Of a stretch of DNA of 64,000 bases, positions 29,489 to 38,758 are shown piece after piece. Origin of the DNA: an uncultured delta proteobacterium (lineage in GTDB: Bacteria > Desulfobacterota > Binatia > Binatales > Binataceae); assembly GCA_963717045.1 (NCBI GenBank), contig CAVQVD010000010.1, positions 406,255 to 470,254 of the forward strand, given 5' to 3'. Every line of letters starts with the position of its first letter. Position 1 is the first letter of the stretch. The position numbers were made by a program, and so were the translations under genes. The notes under the pieces are model-generated. The model was not told where the DNA came from. It saw only the letters and a program-made list of their open reading frames with translations, and searched no databases.

Positions 29489-30137
29489 CGGTGCGATTGG
29501 GCAGAAAGTTGACCTCGGTAAGATACTTAACGTTTTTGTAGCCGAGCTTGACCGCGGAGTACACTCTCGCCGGCGCCCCGTGATTGGGATGCAGGTCGTG
29601 CCCGTTCATCCCATAGGCGAGCAAAGTCTGCGGATGAAGCGCGCTGCCGAGATCCCACGATGACCAGTAGTTCGCGTCGAACGAACGGAACTCTACATAG
29701 CGCACCCGCGGATCGACACCGACCGCGCGCGCGAGTTCGCTCAGCCGCACGCCGTGCCACGCCGCGACTGCGGACCAGCCCTCCACGCAATGATGGCGAA
29801 CGCGCATATCCGTGCGCGGCATCGCCTTCAACTGCTCGAGCGTGAATACCCTCGGCCGTGCAACCATCCCACCGACCTTGAGCGACCAGGCAGCGGGCGG
29901 AAATGGCATCGTGTCCGCGATGAAGTAACTCGGAAACGCAGGCTCGGGGGTCAGGTCTTTCTCGGGCGCCTCTGGCGCGAGGCGCGAGGGCGAGAAGATC
30001 AGGCTTTCGAAATGTTCGTTGACGCGCAGCATCACGTTGAGAAAGGACGAAACTGCACGGGGCGTGTCGCACCCGCCTAGCAACGAAGCCGCCGCGAAGC
30101 CGGTAAGCATTTTTCGACGCGTGATTAACCTAGCCAC
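29442..30137 (-). CDS. msrP: periplasmic molybdopterin-dependent oxidoreductase, sulfite-oxidase family (MsrP/YedY-like)
   Basis: Tat signal (RRKMLTGFAAASLLGG) and Mo-domain motifs (RVRHHCVEGWS, GAPARV). Short form without a dimerisation domain, like MsrP. Confidence 0.75.
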   Translation of the reverse strand: MARLITRRKMLTGFAAASLLGGCDTPRAVSSFLNVMLRVNEHFESLIFSPSRLAPEAPEKDLTPEPAFPSYFIADTMPFPPAAWSLKVGGMVARPRVFTLEQLKAMPRTDMRVRHHCVEGWSAVAAWHGVRLSELARAVGVDPRVRYVEFRSFDANYWSSWDLGSALHPQTLLAYGMNGHDLHPNHGAPARVYSAVKLGYKNVKYLTEVNFLPNRTGGYWEDQGYDWFGGV

Positions 30138-30831
30138 GCTGCCCTCCGGTGATCATCGCCAGCAGCTCTCGCGGATGCAGCAGCACCAGCACGACGTGAT
30201 TCACTACAAACATCGCTATAAACACCAGCCCCAGCAGATGGATGACGCGGGCTGAATCGTAGCCACCGAACAGTCTCAATAGCCAATGAAGCTGCACCGG
30301 CTTGTAAATAGCCAGTCCCGAGAGCACCTGCAGGGTGATGATTATCACCACGGAGCTGTAGGCGAACCGTTGCAAGCCATTGTAGAAGTCGGGCGGCGGT
30401 GGCGTTTTGAAGACGCGCAGATAGTAGCCGAACATATGGAGCGCGTTACGAGCGTCGCGGACAGGGAGAAAGAGCCGCCGGCGCCATTCGCCGCGGCCGA
30501 AAAAATACGCGATGTAGATCACGCCGTTCAGCACCAACAACCAGGCGATCGCGAAATGCCAGTGCCGCGCGCCCGCGAGCCATCCGCCGATCGTCAGCCA
30601 CGATGGCGGCGCAACTCCCTGCCACGGATACCATGCGTATTTTGCGCCCTGAGGTCCCAGTGAAGGATAGGCGGCGAAGATTTCCAGTCCGCTCGCCGCC
30701 ATCAGGACGATAAACAGTACATTCAGCCAGTGGTTGAGCCGGATTGTGAGCGGCTGGATGCGCCGTCCCCTGAAGCGCGGGTCCGCGACCGTTTCATTCA
30801 TCGGAGCGGTGCGCATCGGAGTGGTCCGCAT
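30130..30831 (-). CDS. cytochrome b561-family membrane protein, likely electron donor to the MsrP-like enzyme
   Basis: 233 aa, 4-5 TM helices, N-terminal RLNHWLNVLFIVLMAASG typical of Ni_hydr_CYTB/cyt b561. Overlaps msrP by 8 bp. Confidence 0.6.
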   Translation of the reverse strand: MRTTPMRTAPMNETVADPRFRGRRIQPLTIRLNHWLNVLFIVLMAASGLEIFAAYPSLGPQGAKYAWYPWQGVAPPSWLTIGGWLAGARHWHFAIAWLLVLNGVIYIAYFFGRGEWRRRLFLPVRDARNALHMFGYYLRVFKTPPPPDFYNGLQRFAYSSVVIIITLQVLSGLAIYKPVQLHWLLRLFGGYDSARVIHLLGLVFIAMFVVNHVVLVLLHPRELLAMITGGQRG

Positions 30832-30882
30832 TGGAGTGATCTGCCTCGGGGTCTTTTACCGGCCGTACCGGATGCGCCATTT

Positions 30883-31212
30883 TTACTCGCCCGTGGGCAT
30901 GCCCTCGGGCTTCATCATCGGCTTGGGCTTGCCGCCGTCCATGATGGTTCCGTCCATCATCATCATCTGCCCGTCCTTTAGATGCTCCACTTTGCCACCC
31001 AGTTTCCTGATCGTGCCATCGGGCATCACGAGCGCGCCATCGGACATCGTGATGCTTGCGGTCATCGGGTCCATCGCCTTGCCAGCTTTCATCATCATCA
31101 TTTTGCCGCCCTGCATGATGACTCCATCCATGCCGGCAGCCATCGGACGCGCGGCCATCAAAACCATCGCAAGCGCTGATGCTTCTAACAGTAATAGTGC
31201 TCGCCGAGGCAT
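30883..31212 (-). CDS. secreted methionine-rich peptide (MrpX-like)
   Basis: 109 aa, signal peptide, ~22 Met (20%), runs MMMM twice, internal DGxIMxGGK repeats. GAAGGT Shine-Dalgarno. Starts 3 nt after the GNAT stop. Confidence 0.6.
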   Translation of the reverse strand: MPRRALLLLEASALAMVLMAARPMAAGMDGVIMQGGKMMMMKAGKAMDPMTASITMSDGALVMPDGTIRKLGGKVEHLKDGQMMMMDGTIMDGGKPKPMMKPEGMPTGE

Positions 31213-31215
31213 AAG

Positions 31216-31737
31216 TTACCTTCGTTTTCGATCGGTGACCTCGATTTCCGAAGTGTGCAGCGCGCGTTCCATCCGGCGATGGATGATGCCGGCTTCCTCG
31301 AATAGGTCGCCGACCGGAGTGAAGCCCTGCTTCAAGTAGAAGCCCTCGGCATGCAGTTGGGCGTCGAGCACGGCCCGCCCGCAGCCGCGGCGACGCGCGT
31401 GTTCGATCAGAAACTCGAGCACGCGCCGCCCGACGCCTGTGCCGCGGCGCTCCGCCAGCACGGCCATCCGTCCTATTTTGACGTAATCGTTGTGCACGAG
31501 CATCCGGCCGCATCCCACCGGCCGCCCGTCCTCGAGCGCCAGCGCATGGAAGGCGTGCGCGTCGTCGGCGTCGAGTTCGATGGTCTCAGGCACGTGCTGT
31601 TCTTCGATAAAAACCCGTCGGCGCAGCATCCACGCCTGTTCCATACGCGAGCGGTCGCCGCCGACCTCGATAACGCTGAGCGCGGCCGCGGGAGCATCCA
31701 TCGTAATTCCACTAGCGCGTGCCCGGTGCATCGTCAA
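31216..31737 (-). CDS. GNAT-family N-acetyltransferase
   Basis: Motif A RRGTGVGRRVLEFLIEHARRRG; acetyl-CoA fold. Confidence 0.8.
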   Translation of the reverse strand: MTMHRARASGITMDAPAAALSVIEVGGDRSRMEQAWMLRRRVFIEEQHVPETIELDADDAHAFHALALEDGRPVGCGRMLVHNDYVKIGRMAVLAERRGTGVGRRVLEFLIEHARRRGCGRAVLDAQLHAEGFYLKQGFTPVGDLFEEAGIIHRRMERALHTSEIEVTDRKRR

Positions 31738-31830
31738 ATCGTGTCGCGCCCGGCCAGTGAGTCAGCCAGTCGCATGCCCGCGAGTAGAAATTTAGTTGAT
31801 AGCCAATATCGGCACTGTGCTAGGCTCACA

Positions 31831-32685
31831 ATGCAAGGACGATTTGCGCCGGCGCGGCTTGCGGCGCCGGGTAAAGGCGCGACGGGAATGACGAAGGAAA
31901 TCGAACGGGCGACCGATGAACAGATAAAGCAGGCGGCCGAAATGCTGCTCGCGGCGCGCTATCCGATCGCGCTTACCGGCGCAGGGATGTCGGTCGAAAG
32001 CGGCATCCCGCCGTTTCGCGGGCCCGGCGGTCTGTGGACCAAGTACGGCGAGCCGCCGATGAATGGCTACCAGATCTTTCTCGCCGATCCCAAGAAGGGA
32101 TGGGAGGAACGGATCAAGCGCCAGGACGACGAGCTGTTCGCGCCGCTCAAGGTGGCGCGTCCCAATCCCGGCCATTACGCCTTTGCCGAGCTGGAACAGA
32201 TGGGCGTGCTGCGTTTCCTGATCACGCAGAACGTCGACGACCTTCATCGCCAGGCTGGGCATCAGGCGCTCGCCGAAATTCACGGCAACTGGAAGCTTAT
32301 CCGATGTCTCCAGTGCGGGACGCGTTTCCAGGCGGAAGAGGTGAACCTTGAAGTATTGCCGCCGAGCTGTTCGAAATGCCGAGGGATGCTGAAGGCGGAC
32401 ACGGTCGCGTTCGGCGAGCCAATTCCCGCCGACGCGCTGCGCGAGTGCGCCGCACACTCGGCTCGTGCCGACCTGGTGATCCTTGGTGGAACTTCGGCGA
32501 CGGTCTATCCGGCGGCTGGTTTCGCGATCGAGGTCAAGGAGCGCGGCGGCCGCTTGATTGAAGTGAACCTCTACGATTCTGAGATCACGGCCCTGTGTGA
32601 TCTAAGTCTGCGCGGTGGTTCGGCTGACGTGCTGCCCCGTCTGACCCGGAGTATTGCGGAGCTTCGTCGCACGCGCATGTCGTGA
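31831..32685 (+). CDS. cobB: NAD-dependent protein deacylase, Sir2 family
   Basis: GAGMSVESGIPPFRG, QNVDDLH, and a Zn ribbon CLQCG...CSKC. The ORF is open from 31351, but that upstream part is antisense to the GNAT gene. Confidence 0.85.
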   Translation: MQGRFAPARLAAPGKGATGMTKEIERATDEQIKQAAEMLLAARYPIALTGAGMSVESGIPPFRGPGGLWTKYGEPPMNGYQIFLADPKKGWEERIKRQDDELFAPLKVARPNPGHYAFAELEQMGVLRFLITQNVDDLHRQAGHQALAEIHGNWKLIRCLQCGTRFQAEEVNLEVLPPSCSKCRGMLKADTVAFGEPIPADALRECAAHSARADLVILGGTSATVYPAAGFAIEVKERGGRLIEVNLYDSEITALCDLSLRGGSADVLPRLTRSIAELRRTRMS

Positions 32686-32771
32686 ACCCGGCAGGGCACG
32701 TCCCTTGCTGTTGAGCCCGGCGTCTCGTTCGCAGGCGCACGAAATACGGGCGTGCGCGCGAGGTTCAAGCG

Positions 32772-34256
32772 ATGGATGCACAGCGGGCGGGCATTCCGGT
32801 GCCCGGTTGTAAGGCAGAAGCGGCCACGGTTCAGCCGATCAACGAGATGTTCGACGCGCAAGGCCGCGCGCGGCCAGAGTGCGCGCGGGTAATCGCTTAC
32901 CTGCTTGCGATGGACTCCCAGCGGCTCTCCGAACTGGGGGACCGCGCACATCGTATGTTCCAGACGATGGGCGTGACCTTCAACGTTTACGGCGACAACG
33001 AGGGCGAGGAGCGAATCTTTCCCTTCGATCCGATTCCCCGAATTATCGCGCCCGAGGTCTGGGCCGGCGTCGAGGCTGGCCTGATTCAACGCGCGCGAGC
33101 GCTCAACGCCTTTGTCGGCGACATTTATGGCGCGGGCCTGATCGTCAAGGATGGGGTGATTCCTCGCGACCTGGTAATCGGCTCGCCACAGTTCCGGCAC
33201 GCGGCGACGGGAATCCAGTCGCCCTGCGGCGTTTTCATAACGGTCGCGGGGATCGACCTGGTGCGCGGCGCCGACGGACGCTTCCACGTGCTCGAGGACA
33301 ACGTGCGCACGCCGTCGGGCGTGTCCTACGTCATCGAGAACCGGCGCATCATGACGCGCCTGATGCCCGAGTTGATTCGCGGCATGCGGGTCAGGAGCGT
33401 CGAGAATTATCCGGCCTACCTGCTTGCCAGTCTGCGCGAGCTGGCCCCGCACGGGGTTGCGGATCCGACCGTCGTACTGCTGACGCCGGGGCCGTTCAAT
33501 TCCGCGTTCTTCGAGCACGTGTTCCTGTCGCAGCAGATGGGGATCGAGCTGGTGGAAGGGCGTGACCTGGTATGCATGGACCACAAGCTCTACATGAAGA
33601 CGGTTCACGGGCCGCGTCGAATAGACGTCTTGTACCGGCGGGTCGACGACGACTTTTTAGATCCGGTGGTCTTTCGTCCCGATTCGATGCTCGGCGTCGC
33701 GGGGCTGACCGCGGTGCTTCGCGCGGGCAACGCAACGCTGGCCAACGCGATCGGTACCGGGGTCGCCGACGACAAGGGCGTGTTCGCCTACACGCCGGCG
33801 ATGATTCGCTATTATTTGAACGAGGAGCCGCTGCTGCCGATCGTCGAGACCTACCTGTTGCGCGATTTCGAGGTCAGACAGACGGTGCTGCGCGACCTGG
33901 ACCGCTACGTGGTTAAACCCACCGGGGCCTCGGGCGGTTACGGCGTGGTGATCGGACCCAGCGCGACGGACGAGGAGCTGGCGCAAGCGCGCGTGCGGAT
34001 TGAGGCGGCCCCGGCCGAGTTCATCGCGCAGCCGGTGTTCCCGCTCTCGGTGCATCCAACGCTGACCGGCGGCGTTGTCGGGGGCGTGGCTGCCCTGGCG
34101 GCGCGCCACGTCGATCTGCGGCCCTTCGTGCTGCTCGGGGCAAAGCCGCGGGTGCTGGCGGGAGCGCTGACGCGGGTGGCGCTGCGTGAAGGCTCGCTCA
34201 TCGTGAACTCCTCGCAGGGCGGCGGCAGTAAGGATACCTGGGTGCTGGAAGAATAG
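32772..34256 (+). CDS. circularly permuted ATP-grasp type 2 protein (DUF404/DUF407)
   Basis: 494 aa, characteristic architecture; gene order with alpha-E and transglutaminase. Confidence 0.75.
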   Translation: MDAQRAGIPVPGCKAEAATVQPINEMFDAQGRARPECARVIAYLLAMDSQRLSELGDRAHRMFQTMGVTFNVYGDNEGEERIFPFDPIPRIIAPEVWAGVEAGLIQRARALNAFVGDIYGAGLIVKDGVIPRDLVIGSPQFRHAATGIQSPCGVFITVAGIDLVRGADGRFHVLEDNVRTPSGVSYVIENRRIMTRLMPELIRGMRVRSVENYPAYLLASLRELAPHGVADPTVVLLTPGPFNSAFFEHVFLSQQMGIELVEGRDLVCMDHKLYMKTVHGPRRIDVLYRRVDDDFLDPVVFRPDSMLGVAGLTAVLRAGNATLANAIGTGVADDKGVFAYTPAMIRYYLNEEPLLPIVETYLLRDFEVRQTVLRDLDRYVVKPTGASGGYGVVIGPSATDEELAQARVRIEAAPAEFIAQPVFPLSVHPTLTGGVVGGVAALAARHVDLRPFVLLGAKPRVLAGALTRVALREGSLIVNSSQGGGSKDTWVLEE

Positions 34257-35197
34257 TGCTGCGGCGCATTGCGGGTTCATTATTCTGGGCGGCGCGTTAT
34301 CTCGAACGCGCGCAATGGCGCGCGCGCCTGGTTGACGTCAATTATAATCTGTTGCTCGAAGTCCCACCGCGCGATCTCGATCCCTGGGAGCCGCTGGTCC
34401 GCATCACTGCCGAACAGGAGCTGTTCACGACCAAGCACAGCCACGCAGGCGAAGCCGCGGTGATAGATTTTTTCGTCTTCGACAAGGAAAACCGGTCCTC
34501 GATCCGCAACTGCATCGAGTCGGTGCGTGTCAATCTGAGTCCGCTGCGCCATCTGATTTCGTCCGAGCTCTGGCTGGCGATTAACCGGCTCTATCTTGAG
34601 ACGCAAGGATGGTCTGCGCAGGCGCTCGCGGCGGCCGGCGTGTCGGCTTTCTTCGCCGAACTCCAGCGCCACTTTTATACTATCGACGGAATCATCGTGA
34701 ACACCATTCCGCGCGACCTGACTTATGATGTTATGGCGATGGGCACGATGCTCGAGCGGCCGGACAACGTCTCGCGCCTGCTCGATGTGAAATATCATTA
34801 CCTGCTGCCGCGGCTGGAGGACATCGGTGGGCCGGCCGACTTGCGCCAATGGGCGGCGGTGCTGCGCACCGCATCGGCGTTCGAGGCGTTTCGCAAGGTC
34901 TACGGCCATGCGATCAGGGTGGACCGCGTAGTCGAGATTTTGGTCTTCGATCCCGCGTTTCCGCGCTCGATGCGATTCAGCATCGAACGCCTGGCGCAGG
35001 CGCTGGCGCGGATTGCGTCGCGGCAAGGCGAACCGGTTCCGGAACACCCGCCCTGCGCGGAATTGCTCTCGATGCTGCACGAGGGATCCGCCAGCCAGAC
35101 CATCGCGGGCGGTCTGCACGAATTTTTAATCGACGTCGAAGCGCGTTGTGCACGGCTGGCGGACTACGTATTCGACCGTTACATGTCGCTCGAGTAG
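34256..35197 (+). CDS. alpha-E domain protein (DUF403)
   Basis: 313 aa, RIAGSLFWAARYLERAQ N-terminus typical of alpha-E; start overlaps the ATP-grasp stop. Confidence 0.75.
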   Translation: MLRRIAGSLFWAARYLERAQWRARLVDVNYNLLLEVPPRDLDPWEPLVRITAEQELFTTKHSHAGEAAVIDFFVFDKENRSSIRNCIESVRVNLSPLRHLISSELWLAINRLYLETQGWSAQALAAAGVSAFFAELQRHFYTIDGIIVNTIPRDLTYDVMAMGTMLERPDNVSRLLDVKYHYLLPRLEDIGGPADLRQWAAVLRTASAFEAFRKVYGHAIRVDRVVEILVFDPAFPRSMRFSIERLAQALARIASRQGEPVPEHPPCAELLSMLHEGSASQTIAGGLHEFLIDVEARCARLADYVFDRYMSLE

Positions 35198-35209
35198 GCT
35201 CTGACAACG

Positions 35210-36142
35210 ATGCTGGTGCGGATAAGCCATCGGACCCAGTTCGTGTACGATCAGCCGGCCCGCGATTCGCACAACGAACTGCGGTTGCAACCGCTCGAAG
35301 GGGCGGGGCAACGCTGTCTCTCCTTCGAACTGATCATCGATCAGCCCGCCGCCGTGCTTTCGTACCGGGATTTCTTCGGCAACCATGCGCATTCCGTGTC
35401 GGTCAGCGCGCCGCATCGCGAGCTGACGATTGTCGCGCAATCGTTAGTCGAGCGGCCCGAGACGATGCTGGAAGCGAGCGCCGACAAGCCGCACCCTGAA
35501 GTAATGTTCCGTAATTTTCTCGCTGAGGATGAAGCTCACATCAAAGACTATTGCGAATTTCTGAATCCGAGCCGGTACGTTCCCTTCAGCAAGCGGTTGC
35601 AGAATCTGTTCTGGATGGCGCGGCCGGGCGATACTGAAGACGTCGCGATCTACGTCGCGCGAATCGTGGCCTGGGTCCGTGACCAGTTCGATTACCAGAA
35701 GGCAAGGACGAATGTGTACTCGAGTCTTGACGATATACTCAGAACCGGCAGCGGCGTATGCCAGGATTTCGCCCATCTGACTATTGGACTATTGCGCCTG
35801 GCGGGCGTGCCCGCCCGCTACGTCTCGGGTTATCTCGCTCCGACGGTTTCGGCCGCCGGCAACGCATCGCTCGGCGAGCAGGCGAGCCACGCCTGGCTCG
35901 AAGCCTGGCTGCCGCAGGAGGGATGGACCGGCTTCGATCCGACTAATCGATATCGCACCGACGAGCGCCACGTGCGGGTCGCCGTCGGACGCGACTATGC
36001 CGACGTCCCGCCGCTGATGGGTATGTACCGAAGCAATGCGACCAACCAGGTGATGACGGTCGACCTCAACGTAGAGCATACCGTCGCAACCGGCCCGGCC
36101 GACGGGACCAGCAGCGACCGGGGCAGCCAGACACAACAGTAA
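35210..36142 (+). CDS. transglutaminase-like cysteine protease-fold protein (Bact_transglu_N plus Transglut_core)
   Basis: GSGVCQDFAHL catalytic Cys; H and D downstream (SHAWLEAW...GFDPTN). Confidence 0.8.
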   Translation: MLVRISHRTQFVYDQPARDSHNELRLQPLEGAGQRCLSFELIIDQPAAVLSYRDFFGNHAHSVSVSAPHRELTIVAQSLVERPETMLEASADKPHPEVMFRNFLAEDEAHIKDYCEFLNPSRYVPFSKRLQNLFWMARPGDTEDVAIYVARIVAWVRDQFDYQKARTNVYSSLDDILRTGSGVCQDFAHLTIGLLRLAGVPARYVSGYLAPTVSAAGNASLGEQASHAWLEAWLPQEGWTGFDPTNRYRTDERHVRVAVGRDYADVPPLMGMYRSNATNQVMTVDLNVEHTVATGPADGTSSDRGSQTQQ

Positions 36143-36284
36143 AATTCGCAATTCAGGCCGCTTCCCCGACTGAAACGCCCGGCGGCGCCAACGCTGCTCC
36201 TGAGATTTCGGTTGTGTATCGCCACCCGATGCTACGCGGCAATTAGTGGCCGGGATGACGCGGCTGGGCATGCCCATCGCGGCC

Positions 36285-38126
36285 TCAAACGTCGAATTCA
36301 GGAGGTTCACCCTTGGGGGGCGGCTCGGCGCCGGGCGCCCCCGGGCTTTCCGGCGCGTTGCCCGGCTCGCATCGCAGCAACACCATCCCGCCCGAGCCAT
36401 CAAGCTCGGTCGGATGACTCAGCAGTACGGCGCGAAACTGCTCGCGTATCGAGGGCGGCAGCCGCAGAAATTCCTCGCGCCAGGCGAGCAGGAAGTCGGG
36501 ACGCGGTCCACTCCAGATCGATACGACGGGCAGGTTGCGCTCGCTGTAGTACGCGACGTCATAGTTGAGCGCTCCCATGTAGCCGACACTGTGGGTTCCA
36601 ACGATGTTCATCGCCTCGTGCGTGAAAGGCTCCAGCGTCAGCGCATTGGCTAGCGCAGGGACCACGAACAGGTTGGCCGCGAGCGCGAGACAGATCATGC
36701 CGCCGGCCACCGCGACGCACAGGCGCTCGACGCTTTGACGGCGCCGTATGGCGAACAGGCCGATCGCGATCATGGCGATTCCAAGGCCCATCGCGATGAA
36801 GGGACGGACCGCCGCGGCAAGCTCGAGCTGCGGAACGAAATCGTAGTCGTTGATAACGAGATTCTTCAGTACCAATTCCAGCGCATGGGGCGCGAAGGCC
36901 AGCATGCCGAGGCCGAACAGCGCGTCGAGCCCGGCGAGGATAAAGAACATGGCGGTAAGCTGCGAGAGCCCGCGGATCCAGTTCCCGGAGACGTCCAGTA
37001 CGCGCGCAGCCGCCTCCAGGTAAATCGCCAACAGGGCCGCGAGCGCAGGGTAAAGCGCGAGCAGGTAAACGCCCCGCTTGCTCTGCGGCAGATTGTAAAA
37101 GAGCAGCACGCCTACAAACCAAACCATCAGGTAGGAGAGACGCGGGTCCATTGCGCGCGGACGGCGCGCGGCCTGTACGAAGACGATCAGCAGCAGCGGG
37201 GTCCACGGCATGAAGCCGGCTAGCAGCGCTCCTTCCACGTAGTAGAAGGGATGAGCATGGCCCTCGCGAAACGCGCCGTCGCGCACGAAGCGGAAGAGAT
37301 TCTCCGCCAGGAGCTGCTTGTGCACGAACGGCATCCCGCCAGCCAGTGCTGCCGCCAGGTACCATCCTCCGGCCAGCAGGGCGACCAGCGCCGCGCCGTG
37401 TCCCAGGCGCAGCTCCCGGAGCAGTTGCCATCGGCCCTCGACCGTGATCCACGCCAGCGCTATCAGTGCCGGCAGAATCAGGCCCACCGGTCCCTTGCTG
37501 AGCACCGCCATCGCTATCGCGAAGTACAGCGTCATCCGGCGTGCCGTCAGTCCCTCGGCGATCAGGATGAACTCGAAGAGCGCGACTTCAAGGAAGAAAG
37601 TGAGCGTCATATCGACCCGCGCGCCGCTGCCAGCCTGCAGATACTGCACTGTGGTGCCGAGGATTAGCGCCGTAAGGAAGCCGATACGGTCGTCAAAGAG
37701 GCGGCGCATGTAAAGGTACGCGGCGAGCATTCCGCCGACTGCGAACAGCCCCGAGGGCATCCGCACCGTCCACTCGCTGACACCTCCTGCGAATATCGAG
37801 ATGATCGCCGCCAGCCAATGCATCAGGAGCGGCTTGGAGGGAACTTCGACTCCCGCGCGCAGCGGCAGGATGAATCCACCGCCATGCAGCATATTGAAGA
37901 CGGTTACTGCCTCGCGCGGCTCGCCTTTGGTATAAAACGGGTAACCACCCAAATTTACCAGGAAGAGCGCCGCGCCACACCCGATGAGAACGAAAATCGC
38001 CAGGGGCGGCTCGGCGAGACTGCTGAACCATTTGAGGCCGCGAGCGCCGTCCGTGCCGCCGGTCGGCGCGGACGGCGGCTCGGGAGCGAACGAAGGCTGC
38101 GTAACGCCCAAGGCTGCGTCATCCAT
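36285..38126 (-). CDS. GT39/GT83-type glycosyltransferase (ArnT/PMT-like, undecaprenyl- or dolichyl-phosphate-sugar dependent)
   Basis: 613 aa; N-terminal YTKGEPREAVTV...LPLRAGVEVPSKPLLMHWL motif typical of ArnT/PMT; >10 TM helices. Confidence 0.75.
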   Translation of the reverse strand: MDDAALGVTQPSFAPEPPSAPTGGTDGARGLKWFSSLAEPPLAIFVLIGCGAALFLVNLGGYPFYTKGEPREAVTVFNMLHGGGFILPLRAGVEVPSKPLLMHWLAAIISIFAGGVSEWTVRMPSGLFAVGGMLAAYLYMRRLFDDRIGFLTALILGTTVQYLQAGSGARVDMTLTFFLEVALFEFILIAEGLTARRMTLYFAIAMAVLSKGPVGLILPALIALAWITVEGRWQLLRELRLGHGAALVALLAGGWYLAAALAGGMPFVHKQLLAENLFRFVRDGAFREGHAHPFYYVEGALLAGFMPWTPLLLIVFVQAARRPRAMDPRLSYLMVWFVGVLLFYNLPQSKRGVYLLALYPALAALLAIYLEAAARVLDVSGNWIRGLSQLTAMFFILAGLDALFGLGMLAFAPHALELVLKNLVINDYDFVPQLELAAAVRPFIAMGLGIAMIAIGLFAIRRRQSVERLCVAVAGGMICLALAANLFVVPALANALTLEPFTHEAMNIVGTHSVGYMGALNYDVAYYSERNLPVVSIWSGPRPDFLLAWREEFLRLPPSIREQFRAVLLSHPTELDGSGGMVLLRCEPGNAPESPGAPGAEPPPKGEPPEFDV

Positions 38127-38397
38127 CGCAGTCAGGATACAGATTCAGACGGCCGGAAGCATTGCGGATGGGCGCGCGGTGCTTCCGGCCCTACACGGGG
38201 TGCAGTTCTTCTACCCAAAGGCGACGCGTCCCGGTTCAACGCCGGGACGCGCCGCCTTCCCGACGGGCGTCCGGGATTCGGCGGGGGCCGAAGCGCCGGA
38301 GCCGTGCGCTCCGGTCCCGGCTATTCGACGCGACGACGCGCCAGCGGATGCGCCGCGCGCGCTCGCACGTTCGGCGCATCCGCCGGGCGGCTTTCAG

Positions 38398-38598
38398 CTA
38401 CTTCTTTTCGACTTTGATTCGCGCGCTATCGTCGTAGCTGTAGAGCACGGCGACTTCCTCGTCGCGGGTGCGCTTATGCGAACCGTCGCAAAACGGCTTG
38501 TTCTTGGAGAGGCCGCAGCCGCAGATGTACACCGGAAGCTCTGTGCCCTCGGCGATTTCGTACGGGCCGTTACGATCGTGCTGCACCAGTCGGGCCAT
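38398..38598 (-). CDS. CDGSH-type iron-sulfur domain protein
   Basis: [16 protein letters not shown] motif. ATG at 38598 (MARLVQ); the ORF is open to 38631. Confidence 0.75.
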   Translation of the reverse strand: MARLVQHDRNGPYEIAEGTELPVYICGCGLSKNKPFCDGSHKRTRDEEVAVLYSYDDSARIKVEKK

Positions 38599-38758
38599 CG
38601 CGATTCCCCTTTGTTCTCTCCGGCGCGGCATGCCGATGCGCCGTGATTGTTGACTTGATGATTTCCAGCCGCTGACTTCCTAGATGACTTCTGAGCCAAT
38701 AAAGACCAGCCCGAAATGTTAGTCAAACCGTAGCCGCCGTTGCGCGACCGTTGCGAGA

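Noticed and set aside
31351-31830. 5-prime part of the 444-aa ORF containing the sirtuin
   Set aside because: This segment is antisense to the GNAT gene and lacks sirtuin homology; the deacylase begins at ATG 31831.
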